A stretch of 64,000 bases of DNA from positions 1-64,000 of the IMG/VR virus record IMGVR_UViG_3300020440_000012. One strand, 5' to 3'. Below are positions 29,201-38,657 of the stretch, one piece after another. The translations under genes and the position numbers were made by a program. Positions within the stretch are counted from its first letter, which is position 1. Each line of letters opens with the position of its first letter. Source of the DNA: a virus. Taxonomy: Duplodnaviria; Caudoviricetes. Below the pieces are notes generated by a model. That model did not search any database, was not told where the DNA came from, and saw nothing but the letters and a program-made list of their open reading frames with translations.

Positions 29201-31065
29201 ACCGTTGATAGATACAATGTGTCACCATTAAATATAAAGACTGGTGTACTTGAATCACCAACTCTGGTATGATTGGGTCCTATTTTGTTGTTGTATCTAC
29301 TCCATTTAAAATACTTATCTCTGTTGACGAGTTGGATGCCGGCTTTATCTAAAACTCCAATACCTACTTTTGCTACATTTTCCTCACATGCGAAATATCC
29401 CTCTTTTGTGGGTCCACAACCTGGAACTATAAATTCTGTTCCTTTGCTTAAATCTTCCTGTGTTAAAAAGGTTGCAAATGCTACGTCTATTGTTATTTCA
29501 TCTCTTAAGTGAAGTATGACGGTATCCGCTAACAAACATATTGCATAATCATTCCAATATGTTTCTTGTGTGTTACCACTTAGATCCATAAATGTTAGTG
29601 ATCTGGAATTAGATGGAATATGAGTAGTATATGAAGGATCTCTAAACATAGTACCGCTATTGAAGACTTCTCCGTTGAAAACATAGTCGTCCCAAACGTG
29701 TCTTGCCATTATGGCGTGTCTTGGTGAAAGTAATGTGGCTTTTCCCGCAAAAGCATGATACTTAGTTGTAATGCTAAAACATGTCATTGCTTTTTTGTAA
29801 TACCAACAATCTGGATTCCATTCTATATCAGTTGCCGATTCGCTAGAACCTACTGCACCAGGAAAAGAAAGATCACTGGTTGAGTTTTGAGCAATAACAG
29901 GTTGTAAAGATTTAGAAGATAGACTTCCTGTAGTGCTTCTATATCTTGCATATGCTCTATTCTTATCTTTCAAATTAATTGGATTTATATTAAAATCTGG
30001 AAGACCTTCTTCTGTGAATTTTGTGAGTACTTCTGTAACAGGTGATTGAAGATTTCTAGCAAAGGTAGGTATATCAGCAAATCCATGCAACTTGGGATTC
30101 TCCGGGGCATAATTACCTGGATATACACCTAAACTACTATCAATCGGGCCGATTTTCATACCGGTCTCAAAGCAAACACCTGTCAGAGTTCCTTTTTTAT
30201 CTGCATACCCTAAAGTTTCATTTGAGCGTGCGCCGTGCAGAATACCTGGGATATAATTATCTCTTCCTGGTCCATTTGGATAGCTAAAGTTTTTTAAATA
30301 TGTTTGTGATTCTGATCCTGAAAAATCTGAAATAACAACACCGTCTTTTGTTATTTTAAAATCGTCTAAGAATCCTTTTACATCACCTAGTACTACATTT
30401 GAAAAAACAGGTGATGCAACTGAGTAGTTTGTTTGCCAGAATGATGTGTCGAAAAAAGGTACTTCTGTATTTGCATTACCGATTGTATAAGCTTCTGGTT
30501 CGGCCAATTCATCGTTAATGAATACCTGAGTGTAAGGAGCGGTTTTTCTAAATACAAGTTTAAATCTACCGGATCTATATTTAAATTTATACCTGAGTTT
30601 ATTACCAAGTCTTCCTCCGAGACTATAGTTAAATATCATTTTAAAGTTATCATTATCGGTTGGGTCGGATGAAAATCTAATTTCAAAATTAGGCAAAAGT
30701 GAAACACCCGCTGTAGGAGCTGAGTAAAACTGAAGAACTTTACAGTTCCATGTCGATTCCGGTCCTACCAGACCTAGGTCTCTGTCATGCTGTAAAAAGA
30801 ACTCTATCTCAAGTTTATCGGAGAAGTCTTTTAATAAATCCCATATACGGCTGTTTTTCCTTCGGTCTGCAAATCTTATTGAATAGTTGCCTGCGTTGTA
30901 TAGCTTTACGTCTGAATTGTCGACCGGACTAGAGGTCGAGTCATCTACGAAATTACCGTGAACATCAGATTTTGCATCCTTGTTACCACTCGTATAATCA
31001 GTTATTGTTTTTGCTATTCTACCAATCGCATATGATTGTAAGTTATGTATTTCATCTAGTGACAT
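26221..31065 (-). CDS. 1614-aa probable virion protein with two trypsin-like protease domains
   Basis: TLLSPRHAIMARH/DTVILHL/GDSSTP and TLLSPRHALIASH/DMCVVLL/GDSSSP; beta-rich segments; lies between neck genes. Confidence 0.65.
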   Translation of the reverse strand: MSLDEIHNLQSYAIGRIAKTITDYTSGNKDAKSDVHGNFVDDSTSSPVDNSDVKLYNAGNYSIRFADRRKNSRIWDLLKDFSDKLEIEFFLQHDRDLGLVGPESTWNCKVLQFYSAPTAGVSLLPNFEIRFSSDPTDNDNFKMIFNYSLGGRLGNKLRYKFKYRSGRFKLVFRKTAPYTQVFINDELAEPEAYTIGNANTEVPFFDTSFWQTNYSVASPVFSNVVLGDVKGFLDDFKITKDGVVISDFSGSESQTYLKNFSYPNGPGRDNYIPGILHGARSNETLGYADKKGTLTGVCFETGMKIGPIDSSLGVYPGNYAPENPKLHGFADIPTFARNLQSPVTEVLTKFTEEGLPDFNINPINLKDKNRAYARYRSTTGSLSSKSLQPVIAQNSTSDLSFPGAVGSSESATDIEWNPDCWYYKKAMTCFSITTKYHAFAGKATLLSPRHAIMARHVWDDYVFNGEVFNSGTMFRDPSYTTHIPSNSRSLTFMDLSGNTQETYWNDYAICLLADTVILHLRDEITIDVAFATFLTQEDLSKGTEFIVPGCGPTKEGYFACEENVAKVGIGVLDKAGIQLVNRDKYFKWSRYNNKIGPNHTRVGDSSTPVFIFNGDTLYLSTVALFAGQVSEGPGISRSVIGNIYNVVDGISSSEAKEEIHRCMSLLSSRNRTGTCSLTQLPMSGTSKQRLHWEGQGFVSLRQPLHIDYMRNTRNGKISFSYKKDTSEIIHKSGIPVVTAPCSAFMGSNYGHAGELVVDRFMFHDKNTFRSTGLFSMNHFQGSSGYHLGMGTYWELGAISGVVAFSGTQAPDSPTSAITSGWPITRKDNHVVDPYIIGQNVTVSNSQVTTAIVWNRFPGSRSTQISAGTKFRTGWARASYSQSIGIKYLGNPASHPISSITPVVTALTDFNTDRVKSPYRYIHGNYEKASREKGFICVDRDLGLKVDTSTPGFTLRLRRTPIFIGSFPLSSGNYTLTFGTTGTKLYIDNKEVQFTTITGSSNSASDLHSVIGSGNVPAGGSVSGSRYSNTNLQYDDGSVSRRRMVFAQNMYGICDNLVITGDANIGFDYTQSTSSHSYIEMPKRDEDGYEYDTSRQPSGVVNYYHDSINEGTIASGLFVNKTGDGTNSSSYTQRKYSRYSPTWLKLPATGFSTSGYPDGQLYDAPGWHEIGHNRCPQYINDYNFAENFDTRKQIYFSGLPSAVLSAKLRKQDIIIKPPTIYDKAYLKYKMSLSEEPGLEHLSGMPIILGFDNDRSGNLYRGGQYQIWPRVNSTSGVSAIERNLDCWYNKKPITCFSVYGNLHTFNTHMTLLSPRHALIASHIFDDFQKDTVFGGAYRAKSVNGYKYTLTAAASAYLYKTTQQLASSGIYGTPITNRIKQGASANAFAYFMDLDSNMQKGIIADFVAGTHPDDPGGQIYNPITREVVYRDGVAVSGFAGNSDGSSFHDMCVVLLKDPITLDVDYATFMSDSDIDTLSAGRGSIIACGPSKEGTFNIEDVGRHLNTSICTDVADPLFEWGRFSNRDAHQDRVGDSSSPGFLYNNNRLYLHVQALTVPNGIYTTRSSAIRHGSIGQPELFKGIQSRYSRNWIQNAMNYLSDINGVPRHDLVVVPLSAE

Positions 31066-33293
31066 TAATAATATCCTCCTCCACCATCATCGTCATCGTC
31101 ACCTGGGTCACTTCCTCCACCACCTGAGTAGCCTCCCCCTCCTCCTTCTTCACTACCTGGGCTTGAGTAAGAAACTGTGATACCTGTTGATTGTGTGTTG
31201 GCTTGTGTTGTTGTCGATTCTGTTTCCTCTTCTTGATTAATTGATATTGTTTCATAGCTATCATATCTTCTAGTAGCGTTACATTTCCATACATATTTTC
31301 CTAATAAAGGATTTATACCATCTGGTGTTATTGTTCTGTCGGCTATGTTCGTTATTTCGTAGTCATAGTTTCTATGTCTCATGAAACTTAATCTGAAGAA
31401 ATCACCAACTTCTGGTGCAATATTTTTGTTATAAATGTTTGGTGAGGTTTGATCGTAGTATAAGATACCTACATTTGCCGAACCTGAATATGTAGATGTT
31501 CCTATTGTTATTGTATCTATTGCTACAGCGGTGTGTGAGCCACCACTTATATTGTAATAGTCACTTCTTGCTATGTGAGGATTAACAGGTATTGAAACAC
31601 CTTTGTTTTCGTCTACAGATAGTGTTGTCTTTTTGGTGTATGATGAAGTTGCAGAAGAACCTGTTGTTACATTTAGCGTGTATTTAAGTCCTGTTTTTCC
31701 ATACCAGTCTTCGTTATATTCCTCGTCTGTGTTAAAATCTAGATCCGGTCTTTCTTGACCATAGTCATCAGCCCATTGAGGTTGATTGGCACCAGAAAAT
31801 CTCAAAGATAGTGTTACACCTCCGGAATGTTTTGTGCTGAGAGATGTATTTGAACTTAGTGCGGTGTTTATTGTATCTAAAACAGGTTCTTCTATCGTTA
31901 CCTGATTTAGAAATCTATTAGGTTCTGCATGATCTACAATTATTCTACCTACACGACCGGTGAGTAGTTGTTGTGAAGGGATGGTCCTGCCATACCATGG
32001 TACATATTTTGTTTCCATATATCCACTACCACCATCGGTTATTGTATATCCAGTTAGTCTACCATCAACTAGTGTGTGTAGTGTAGCCGATGCTGTCTTC
32101 GTTGTTATTGAAGGTTTTGGTCCCAAAAACATATCATTAAAATTAGGTCCACCATTTGGCCATTCATTAACATTAGGACCAATATCATAAAAGTGACCGG
32201 AGGTAACTAATATCGGTCTAATAACTCTACCCCTGTCTCCAAATTCCATGACTGCTGAAAGTGTTGCGGTAAAATCTTTAGTTGTTCCTGTTGGTCCACC
32301 AATGGAGAGTGTTGGTGTCGATGTGTAGCCTGCACCTGAATTTATTATACTTATTGCTGATACACTACCATAGTAATCACCGGCAGGGTCTCTACCCACA
32401 ACTGCACTTGCGGATGCACCTGTTCCTCCACCACCGGCTATTGTAACACTTGGTGTTGTCGTATAGTAGCTTCCAGAGTGTGTGACAGTTATACTTGTAA
32501 CTATTCCGGAATCAACTGTTGTAGATGCCGTTGCGTTAACTCTAGGTAATGTTGGTGCAGGAGCGGAAAGAGTTGGTACTGAACTGTGATATGTGCCACC
32601 GGCCAACACAGCCGTACCGTACTCGGTCGGTTCGAAATAGCGAATCAGACTGGGAGCGAAAACTCTCATACCTAAGGAGTTACTATCAGCATTTACAAAA
32701 CCCGCTCTAGGCATTTGAAGAGTACCGGAACAGGCTCTGTTTGCTGTAAAAGGAGGAGTAATTGCGATTGATGGTGTTGATGTGTTTAAAAAGTATGAGT
32801 TACCAGAACTCACAATATCAAGTGCAGAAATGGTACCAGATGCCGTTGATGTAAAGTATGCTGAAATTGGTTGATAATTCAGTGTATAACCACTAAAAGA
32901 TACTTGATCGGCATATTCTTTTCTTTTACCTAGTTGAGATGCGAATCTTGTGTTAAAATCGTTAACGGCAAAATAAACTGTTAAATTTTCTTCCGGTTGT
33001 AATCCAAATTTAGTTAGAGAGAACACATCATTCTCTATTTCAATATATGCGGGTATTCCTCCAGAAAGATAGAATGTTGGATCCATCGCTTCACCATAAA
33101 TTAAATTTTCCAAGCCGGATACTCCTGGCGTAAGGTCTACTTTTTCTGGAAATTTAATATCGTTTTTAAAATAAGAGGTATCTACACCGTAATTCTGAAT
33201 TAAATCATAAAAATAGTTCTCAAATAGCTTTCTTTCGTGTTTGAGTCCGTCTCTTCTTAAATACTTAACATTCTTGTTTGATCTCTTCGACAT
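31065..33293 (-). CDS. gp14-like neck protein, paralogue B, with a Gly/Ser/Thr repeat insertion
   Basis: DLIQNYGVDTSYF...IYGE...KFGL and PEVGDFF...YEI...YVWKC lobes; repeated SG-x-GY/YTxTP units. Confidence 0.7.
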   Translation of the reverse strand: MSKRSNKNVKYLRRDGLKHERKLFENYFYDLIQNYGVDTSYFKNDIKFPEKVDLTPGVSGLENLIYGEAMDPTFYLSGGIPAYIEIENDVFSLTKFGLQPEENLTVYFAVNDFNTRFASQLGKRKEYADQVSFSGYTLNYQPISAYFTSTASGTISALDIVSSGNSYFLNTSTPSIAITPPFTANRACSGTLQMPRAGFVNADSNSLGMRVFAPSLIRYFEPTEYGTAVLAGGTYHSSVPTLSAPAPTLPRVNATASTTVDSGIVTSITVTHSGSYYTTTPSVTIAGGGGTGASASAVVGRDPAGDYYGSVSAISIINSGAGYTSTPTLSIGGPTGTTKDFTATLSAVMEFGDRGRVIRPILVTSGHFYDIGPNVNEWPNGGPNFNDMFLGPKPSITTKTASATLHTLVDGRLTGYTITDGGSGYMETKYVPWYGRTIPSQQLLTGRVGRIIVDHAEPNRFLNQVTIEEPVLDTINTALSSNTSLSTKHSGGVTLSLRFSGANQPQWADDYGQERPDLDFNTDEEYNEDWYGKTGLKYTLNVTTGSSATSSYTKKTTLSVDENKGVSIPVNPHIARSDYYNISGGSHTAVAIDTITIGTSTYSGSANVGILYYDQTSPNIYNKNIAPEVGDFFRLSFMRHRNYDYEITNIADRTITPDGINPLLGKYVWKCNATRRYDSYETISINQEEETESTTTQANTQSTGITVSYSSPGSEEGGGGGYSGGGGSDPGDDDDDGGGGYY

Positions 33294-33447
33294 AATTATT
33301 TAACCCCGTTAATTACTATTTATAAACATTAATGATAAATAAGACTTGAATAAACATTTGTTATCAATAAAAGTTTTGAAGATAAAAGATTTTTTGACTT
33401 TATGTTATAAATACAAATGTTACAAAACAAAAATCAGGAGAAAGACT

Positions 33448-34287
33448 ATGAGTAAGTTTTATGAAAAGCTAAAGAAGTTTGAAGAATCCTTAAGTGAGGA
33501 GTCTTCTCGCATCCAAGAAGCTATTGAAACCACAAAAAATGAAATTAAAGAGAGTGTAGATTCATATTTAACACTTGAGGCAGACAAAGACTCATATAAA
33601 GAGTTCTTTATGTCTAAGCTTGAAAAATATGGCGTTTCTTCACCTGCCGAACTTGACGAAGAAGAGAAGAAGAAGTTCTTTGATGAGGTTGATAGAGAAT
33701 ATACCGGTGAGGTTGACGAAGACATGAAGCGTGAACTGGAAGAGGCAATCGTGCCACAATTTAAATCAGACGATGATCGTGAAACGACAGAGCCTGTTGA
33801 TGATAATTCAGGTGTCGAAACTGACGAGGAAGTTCCCGATGAAGTTGAAGAGGGTATGCACGAGCCTAAAGAAGAAGGGTATTATGGTAAGAAGGAAGAA
33901 GTAGATCATGATGAAACTCCCGAACCTACAAAAGAAAAGGTAGACCATGATGAGACACCTACAACTGAGGAAGACGAAGTTGAGGAAGGTATGCATGAGC
34001 CAAAAGAAGAAGGCTATCATGATAAAAAAGAAGGCGCTCATGACGAAATGGAAGAAGGCGCACATGAAGAAGAAATGGAAGAAAACGATGGTGTAACTAC
34101 TGGACCGGGTGATTACGAAAACTTCCCTTCCGATGATGATGATCCTGTTAATGATTCACCAAGTCAAGATGTTCCTGGTGAATTAGAAGAGGAGCTTCAG
34201 AATCCGGAAGAGCATGATTTTAATGATGTCGAAATTTCTGATCTGAGAACAGGTGAGATGATTAGACAGATTGCCAAAAAGGTTTAA
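33448..34287 (+). CDS. Highly acidic prohead core/scaffold-like protein
   Basis: Start at 33448 (AGGAG SD, TATAAATA at 33406); YKEFFMSKLEKYGVSSPAEL motif; EEGMHEPKEEGY twice. Confidence 0.55.
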   Translation: MSKFYEKLKKFEESLSEESSRIQEAIETTKNEIKESVDSYLTLEADKDSYKEFFMSKLEKYGVSSPAELDEEEKKKFFDEVDREYTGEVDEDMKRELEEAIVPQFKSDDDRETTEPVDDNSGVETDEEVPDEVEEGMHEPKEEGYYGKKEEVDHDETPEPTKEKVDHDETPTTEEDEVEEGMHEPKEEGYHDKKEGAHDEMEEGAHEEEMEENDGVTTGPGDYENFPSDDDDPVNDSPSQDVPGELEEELQNPEEHDFNDVEISDLRTGEMIRQIAKKV

Positions 34288-34312
34288 AAGACAACTACTG
34301 ATTCTTGTTTTT

Positions 34313-34339
34313 AGGCGTACTTCGGTACGCCTTTTTTTT
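34313..34339 (+). terminator. UUCG-tetraloop rho-independent terminator
   Basis: AGGCGTAC-TTCG-GTACGCCT followed by a T run. Confidence 0.92.
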
Positions 34340-35846
34340 ACACTTTAAACTTTACTACTTGCGTGATGTCTTTGTTATATTCTTTTTTATAGATTTGTCT
34401 TCTTTCTTTAAAGTGTCTTTCTGAATACTTGAAGTTAAAGTTTATATCAAATAGGTTCATTGCTGATTTAGTATCATGCTTTCTGAGTCCTCTACCTATA
34501 CTCTGAATTATTTTTGTGCCGGATTTACTGTTAAATATAAATCCTATGTTATGTAGTTTCTTGATATTGATGCCTGTGTTAAAGCATACACTTTGTGCCA
34601 CAATGATAGCATTTTCGGTTTCTTCTATTGTGTTTCTTATTTTCTCTCTTTCGATTACGTCTATTTTACCATCGATATAAAAAACCTTATCTTTGTCTAT
34701 TACTTTGCTTTTTACAAATTCATAAAAAGATTTACCAAACTCAATAAAGTCGAACAGATAGAGTGTATTGGTGTTACAAGTTAAAGATTGTATGTAATCA
34801 AAAGGTTGTTCATAAAGTTTTCTCATATTGTCAACAATATATTTTCTTTCCATTTCATATGGCTCTTGTATGTTTTCGGACTTAACCCGTCTTTTAAGAG
34901 AGAATAGACATTGTGTATCTCTTTGCACCTCTCTGTCATGTACACTAACACTTGTTATAAAAAGATCACTGATATAATCATCCTTCAGCATATCTTTTGC
35001 GATCTTTCTATACAGGACTGGTCCTATGTTACCTATAATGTCCCATTTTTTGTCAAGTGTGTTTGGTAAAGTAGCAGTACAACCAAACTTTATGTTTGTA
35101 TCAAAGTCAGCTATCATATCGGATGAGTTGCTGTTTGGAGAAGAAAAAGAGTGTGCCTCGTCAACTTGAAGTACATCTATATTTGGTAGTTCGTCTTTAT
35201 GATTCTGTAACCACTGTCTATTTGAAACTATGATAGGTGTATTTTTGCAAACCTTTTGTTTAGAAGAAAACATAGAAACATCATCATCTGTTAAACCGTA
35301 CGATAACAAATCGTTGTAAAATTGTATTACAAGTCCTGTTGTTGGTACAAGTATTAGACAGTGTTTTATTTTTTCAGGTTCTGATTTTAATAAACTGTGA
35401 AGTGTTTTAGCTATCACGAAAGATTTACCAGAACCGGTAGCCATTACTATTATACCTCTACCATTTTTCAGATTCTTTTCAACCGCTTTATGTTGATAAT
35501 CTCTATGCTCATGCTCGTCACTATCTTCACAAGGAAGTTCATGTACAACTGGTTTTATATCTAATGTTTTTAGTGGTTTGAAGTTTTTAATAATATCTTT
35601 ATCTAGATCAATATCTATGTCTAACTTCTTCATAACACTGATCACGGAGACTAATAGACCTATTTTAAATACACCTAGTGCTGATATTCCATATATAAAA
35701 TCAGGTGCTGAATATCTGGGATTATGATGTTGAACAAAGAACTTATTATCGTTTTCCGTCTTAAAGAAATTTCGTATAGGTTCTAACTCTTCGCTAGTTT
35801 CTGCCATTATTCGACAGAGACCTCTACCCTCGTATTTAATTTCCAT
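34338..35846 (-). CDS. uvsW: UvsW-like SF2 helicase
   Basis: RDYQ, MATGSGKS, DEAH, TAT, QSIGRGLR. Confidence 0.93.
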   Translation of the reverse strand: MEIKYEGRGLCRIMAETSEELEPIRNFFKTENDNKFFVQHHNPRYSAPDFIYGISALGVFKIGLLVSVISVMKKLDIDIDLDKDIIKNFKPLKTLDIKPVVHELPCEDSDEHEHRDYQHKAVEKNLKNGRGIIVMATGSGKSFVIAKTLHSLLKSEPEKIKHCLILVPTTGLVIQFYNDLLSYGLTDDDVSMFSSKQKVCKNTPIIVSNRQWLQNHKDELPNIDVLQVDEAHSFSSPNSNSSDMIADFDTNIKFGCTATLPNTLDKKWDIIGNIGPVLYRKIAKDMLKDDYISDLFITSVSVHDREVQRDTQCLFSLKRRVKSENIQEPYEMERKYIVDNMRKLYEQPFDYIQSLTCNTNTLYLFDFIEFGKSFYEFVKSKVIDKDKVFYIDGKIDVIEREKIRNTIEETENAIIVAQSVCFNTGINIKKLHNIGFIFNSKSGTKIIQSIGRGLRKHDTKSAMNLFDINFNFKYSERHFKERRQIYKKEYNKDITQVVKFKV

Positions 35847-36271
35847 TATGTTTGTTCCAGCTTAATGGCGTCCAGAGCGTGTTTTACCGTGAAGTTAAAA
35901 TCTGAAACTACATTAAGTGCATATTCCATAAATTGAACAACTTCATTTTGTTTAGAAATCATTTCGTTTATTTTTTTTATTTTGTCACTTTCTTTTGAAA
36001 TCTTTTCTTCTAGTCGTATTCTTGACATACTTCTATATTGTGTGTCTTTAGTTTGTAGTCCTTCGACACCTTTTTGTAACACAGTTGATTTCGCATCTTT
36101 TAATTTACGAACTGTTTCCTTTTCTTTAAAATATTTCATAACCCATTTGGCTCGAATGGTAGATACAGTCATGGACTTATCCCTGACATTCATCAGGTTT
36201 ACCTGCATATCTTCCATAAGCTCTTGACCAAGCTTGGCTATCATTTCGTTATCAAATTCCAAATCTTCCAT
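35846..36271 (-). CDS. uvsY: UvsY-like recombination mediator
   Basis: 141-aa helical protein adjacent to uvsW; ends FTVKHALDAIK. Confidence 0.65.
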   Translation of the reverse strand: MEDLEFDNEMIAKLGQELMEDMQVNLMNVRDKSMTVSTIRAKWVMKYFKEKETVRKLKDAKSTVLQKGVEGLQTKDTQYRSMSRIRLEEKISKESDKIKKINEMISKQNEVVQFMEYALNVVSDFNFTVKHALDAIKLEQT

Positions 36272-36500
36272 ACTACTAATTATACGCCAAATTATTTTTT
36301 TTTAATTTTTTACTATAAAATTTAGAGTCCGACTGGTATATAGGAGCGTAGCGAGTATATACTTTGCAAAGCCATTGATGCTAAAGACAGAGAATTAGCC
36401 AAAAGTATTAACCAAGACAAATTCTATAGTTTTCAACGCTCAAGAAATAGTGTTTTTATTGTAAATAGCAATGATAGAACCTAATTAGGAGAATTTGAGT

Positions 36501-38648
36501 ATGAGAACAATACAGAGTCCAGGTGTTGAGATAAACGAAATTGACATTTCGCAAATAGCACCAGCTATAGCGGGAACAAAATGTCTTGTGATGGGATTTG
36601 CTGACAGAGGTGAAGATAATACACCTTACGAGTTTACAAGTAGAAATTCATTTTTAAACTATTACGGAGAACCTACTAATGAAGCTGAATATTACTTTTA
36701 CGATGCGGCCAACGAGATTCTTCAGCAAAACGGAGGACTAATAGCGGCCAGACTGCCATATGTCAATACGGCCAAAGATAAATACAAAGGTGTATTTTTT
36801 GAGGTAGATACAGCTAGTGGCTTATCAACAACAAGCGTAAGTAGTGATTCTCTGTCTACAGAATTTTACGCACTTTCTTCTGAAAATCTATCAGGTGTAC
36901 ATAAGATTAGAAGAGTGTCAATATACTCAGATACAGTAACGCAAGAAGCAGTTGATGGATACAGAACAGGTACAAAACCATCAGTGAATAGATTTGTTAT
37001 CATCAACAAAAATAGGGATGCATTTGTAAAAGACTCTACAGATAGAGAATTAGGTGGTATATTTGCTATAGTAACAACACCTTTCAATGCTCTTGCAAAC
37101 CAAGGACTAGTATCAAGTTCATTCACAACAAACCCATATAACGGTTGGAACTCAATAAATTATATCACAGACAACGATGGTGATCCACTAACCAATGTTA
37201 ATTTTGTTAATCCTATTTCTGGTGTAGACTTTCAAAAGCCTTCACTCGCAAGATCAATAGGTGCATTATTTCCAACAATACAAACTGATGAAGATGGAAA
37301 GCTAGAAGAATACTTCTTAAAACAAATCATGATTGTTGTATGCAGAACCTTTGAAGACGTTGCACAAGCCGGTAAAACAGGTGTTCAAATATTAGAATCA
37401 TTTGCGGGTTCCTTAAACCCAGCTTCTATCAATAACAGCACCGGAGAATCTATATTTATAGATGATATTGTAAACGAAAACTCAAACTATATTGAGATGT
37501 ATTCTGATATAAGAGCTAGTAGATTAGCTTCGAACAAAAACACATATAAAACCGAAAATCAAAACGGAACACTAATGGCATTCACGGATGTTCAGACTGA
37601 AAAAACCATTACATTCAACTCAATAACCTCAGGAATAAATCAAGTTCTAGACAAAGTTAGAAATATCGACCAAACCACAATCGATGTTGTTGTTGATGCT
37701 GGACTCTCAACGATTGCAAACATGATTGACGGTGATGGTAAATTCGATCCTACATCTGCAACCTCTGATGGTACAAATGCTCATCACAGAACTACCATCA
37801 GAAACAGAAATGATGTTGCAAATTGGCGTTCAATATGTACAGAACTTGTTTCATTCTGTAAAGACAAAAGAAAAGACTGTCTCGCAGTAATTGACGGACC
37901 TAGAAACTTAGTACTACAAGGAAACGAGAAGATTGAAAGAGCTTCTGCACCCACACAGTTAGTAGATGTTGACATTCTACCTAAGATTAAATATCTTTCT
38001 GGTTTAAACTCAAGCTATGGAACTGGCAACATCATGTGGATGAAATCAATTAACGAGTTTTCAGGTGAAACAATTTATCTACCACCTTCGAACAAAGTAG
38101 CAGGTGTTATGGTGTACACCGACCGAGTATTTAATTACTGGGACGCACCGGCTGGATTTAACCGTGGTAGAGTATTTGGTGTAAACGATATTGCATTCAA
38201 CCCTTACGGAAGACAATCAGACCTAATCTATACTAAAAACTGGAACTATGCTAAAAACTATCCAGTTGATGGTATCGTAATTGAAGGACAAAAAACACTT
38301 CAAACAAGAGAGTCTGCTTTTGATAGAGTTAATGTAAGAAGATTATTCTTAAGACTTGAAAGACTTACCTATAATGTATTGAGATACTTCGTTTATGAAC
38401 CAAATAACTTCTTCACAAGAACACAAATAGTTGACATTTTAACACCGGTATTCGAAAATGTTAAAGTTGCTGGTGGATTATTTGATTATAAAATTATATG
38501 CTCTGAAAAGAACAACACACCCGATGTTATTGACAGAAATGAGTTGAAAATTGCAATCATGCTTAAGCCTACAAGAACAGCAGAGTTCATTCTAGCAGAC
38601 TTCTACGCTCTACGAACCGGTGCTTCCTTCAACGAGGTTATTCTATAA
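36501..38648 (+). CDS. 18: gp18-like contractile tail sheath
   Basis: SPGVEINEID, WDAPAGFNRG, FDRVNVRRLFL, FVYEPNN, KPTRTAEFI; ATG 36501 preferred over TTG 36495 by SD spacing. Confidence 0.95.
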   Translation: MRTIQSPGVEINEIDISQIAPAIAGTKCLVMGFADRGEDNTPYEFTSRNSFLNYYGEPTNEAEYYFYDAANEILQQNGGLIAARLPYVNTAKDKYKGVFFEVDTASGLSTTSVSSDSLSTEFYALSSENLSGVHKIRRVSIYSDTVTQEAVDGYRTGTKPSVNRFVIINKNRDAFVKDSTDRELGGIFAIVTTPFNALANQGLVSSSFTTNPYNGWNSINYITDNDGDPLTNVNFVNPISGVDFQKPSLARSIGALFPTIQTDEDGKLEEYFLKQIMIVVCRTFEDVAQAGKTGVQILESFAGSLNPASINNSTGESIFIDDIVNENSNYIEMYSDIRASRLASNKNTYKTENQNGTLMAFTDVQTEKTITFNSITSGINQVLDKVRNIDQTTIDVVVDAGLSTIANMIDGDGKFDPTSATSDGTNAHHRTTIRNRNDVANWRSICTELVSFCKDKRKDCLAVIDGPRNLVLQGNEKIERASAPTQLVDVDILPKIKYLSGLNSSYGTGNIMWMKSINEFSGETIYLPPSNKVAGVMVYTDRVFNYWDAPAGFNRGRVFGVNDIAFNPYGRQSDLIYTKNWNYAKNYPVDGIVIEGQKTLQTRESAFDRVNVRRLFLRLERLTYNVLRYFVYEPNNFFTRTQIVDILTPVFENVKVAGGLFDYKIICSEKNNTPDVIDRNELKIAIMLKPTRTAEFILADFYALRTGASFNEVIL

Positions 38649-38657
38649 GGAGAAACA

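Noticed and set aside
26400-29830. Two homologous blocks considered as a DGR template/variable pair
   Set aside because: Both are coding and in frame, differences are not adenine-specific, and no reverse transcriptase is in the window
33840-34080. Repeated ~50-nt units
   Set aside because: In-frame imperfect peptide repeats (EEGMHEPKEEGY, VDHDETP), no spacers; not CRISPR
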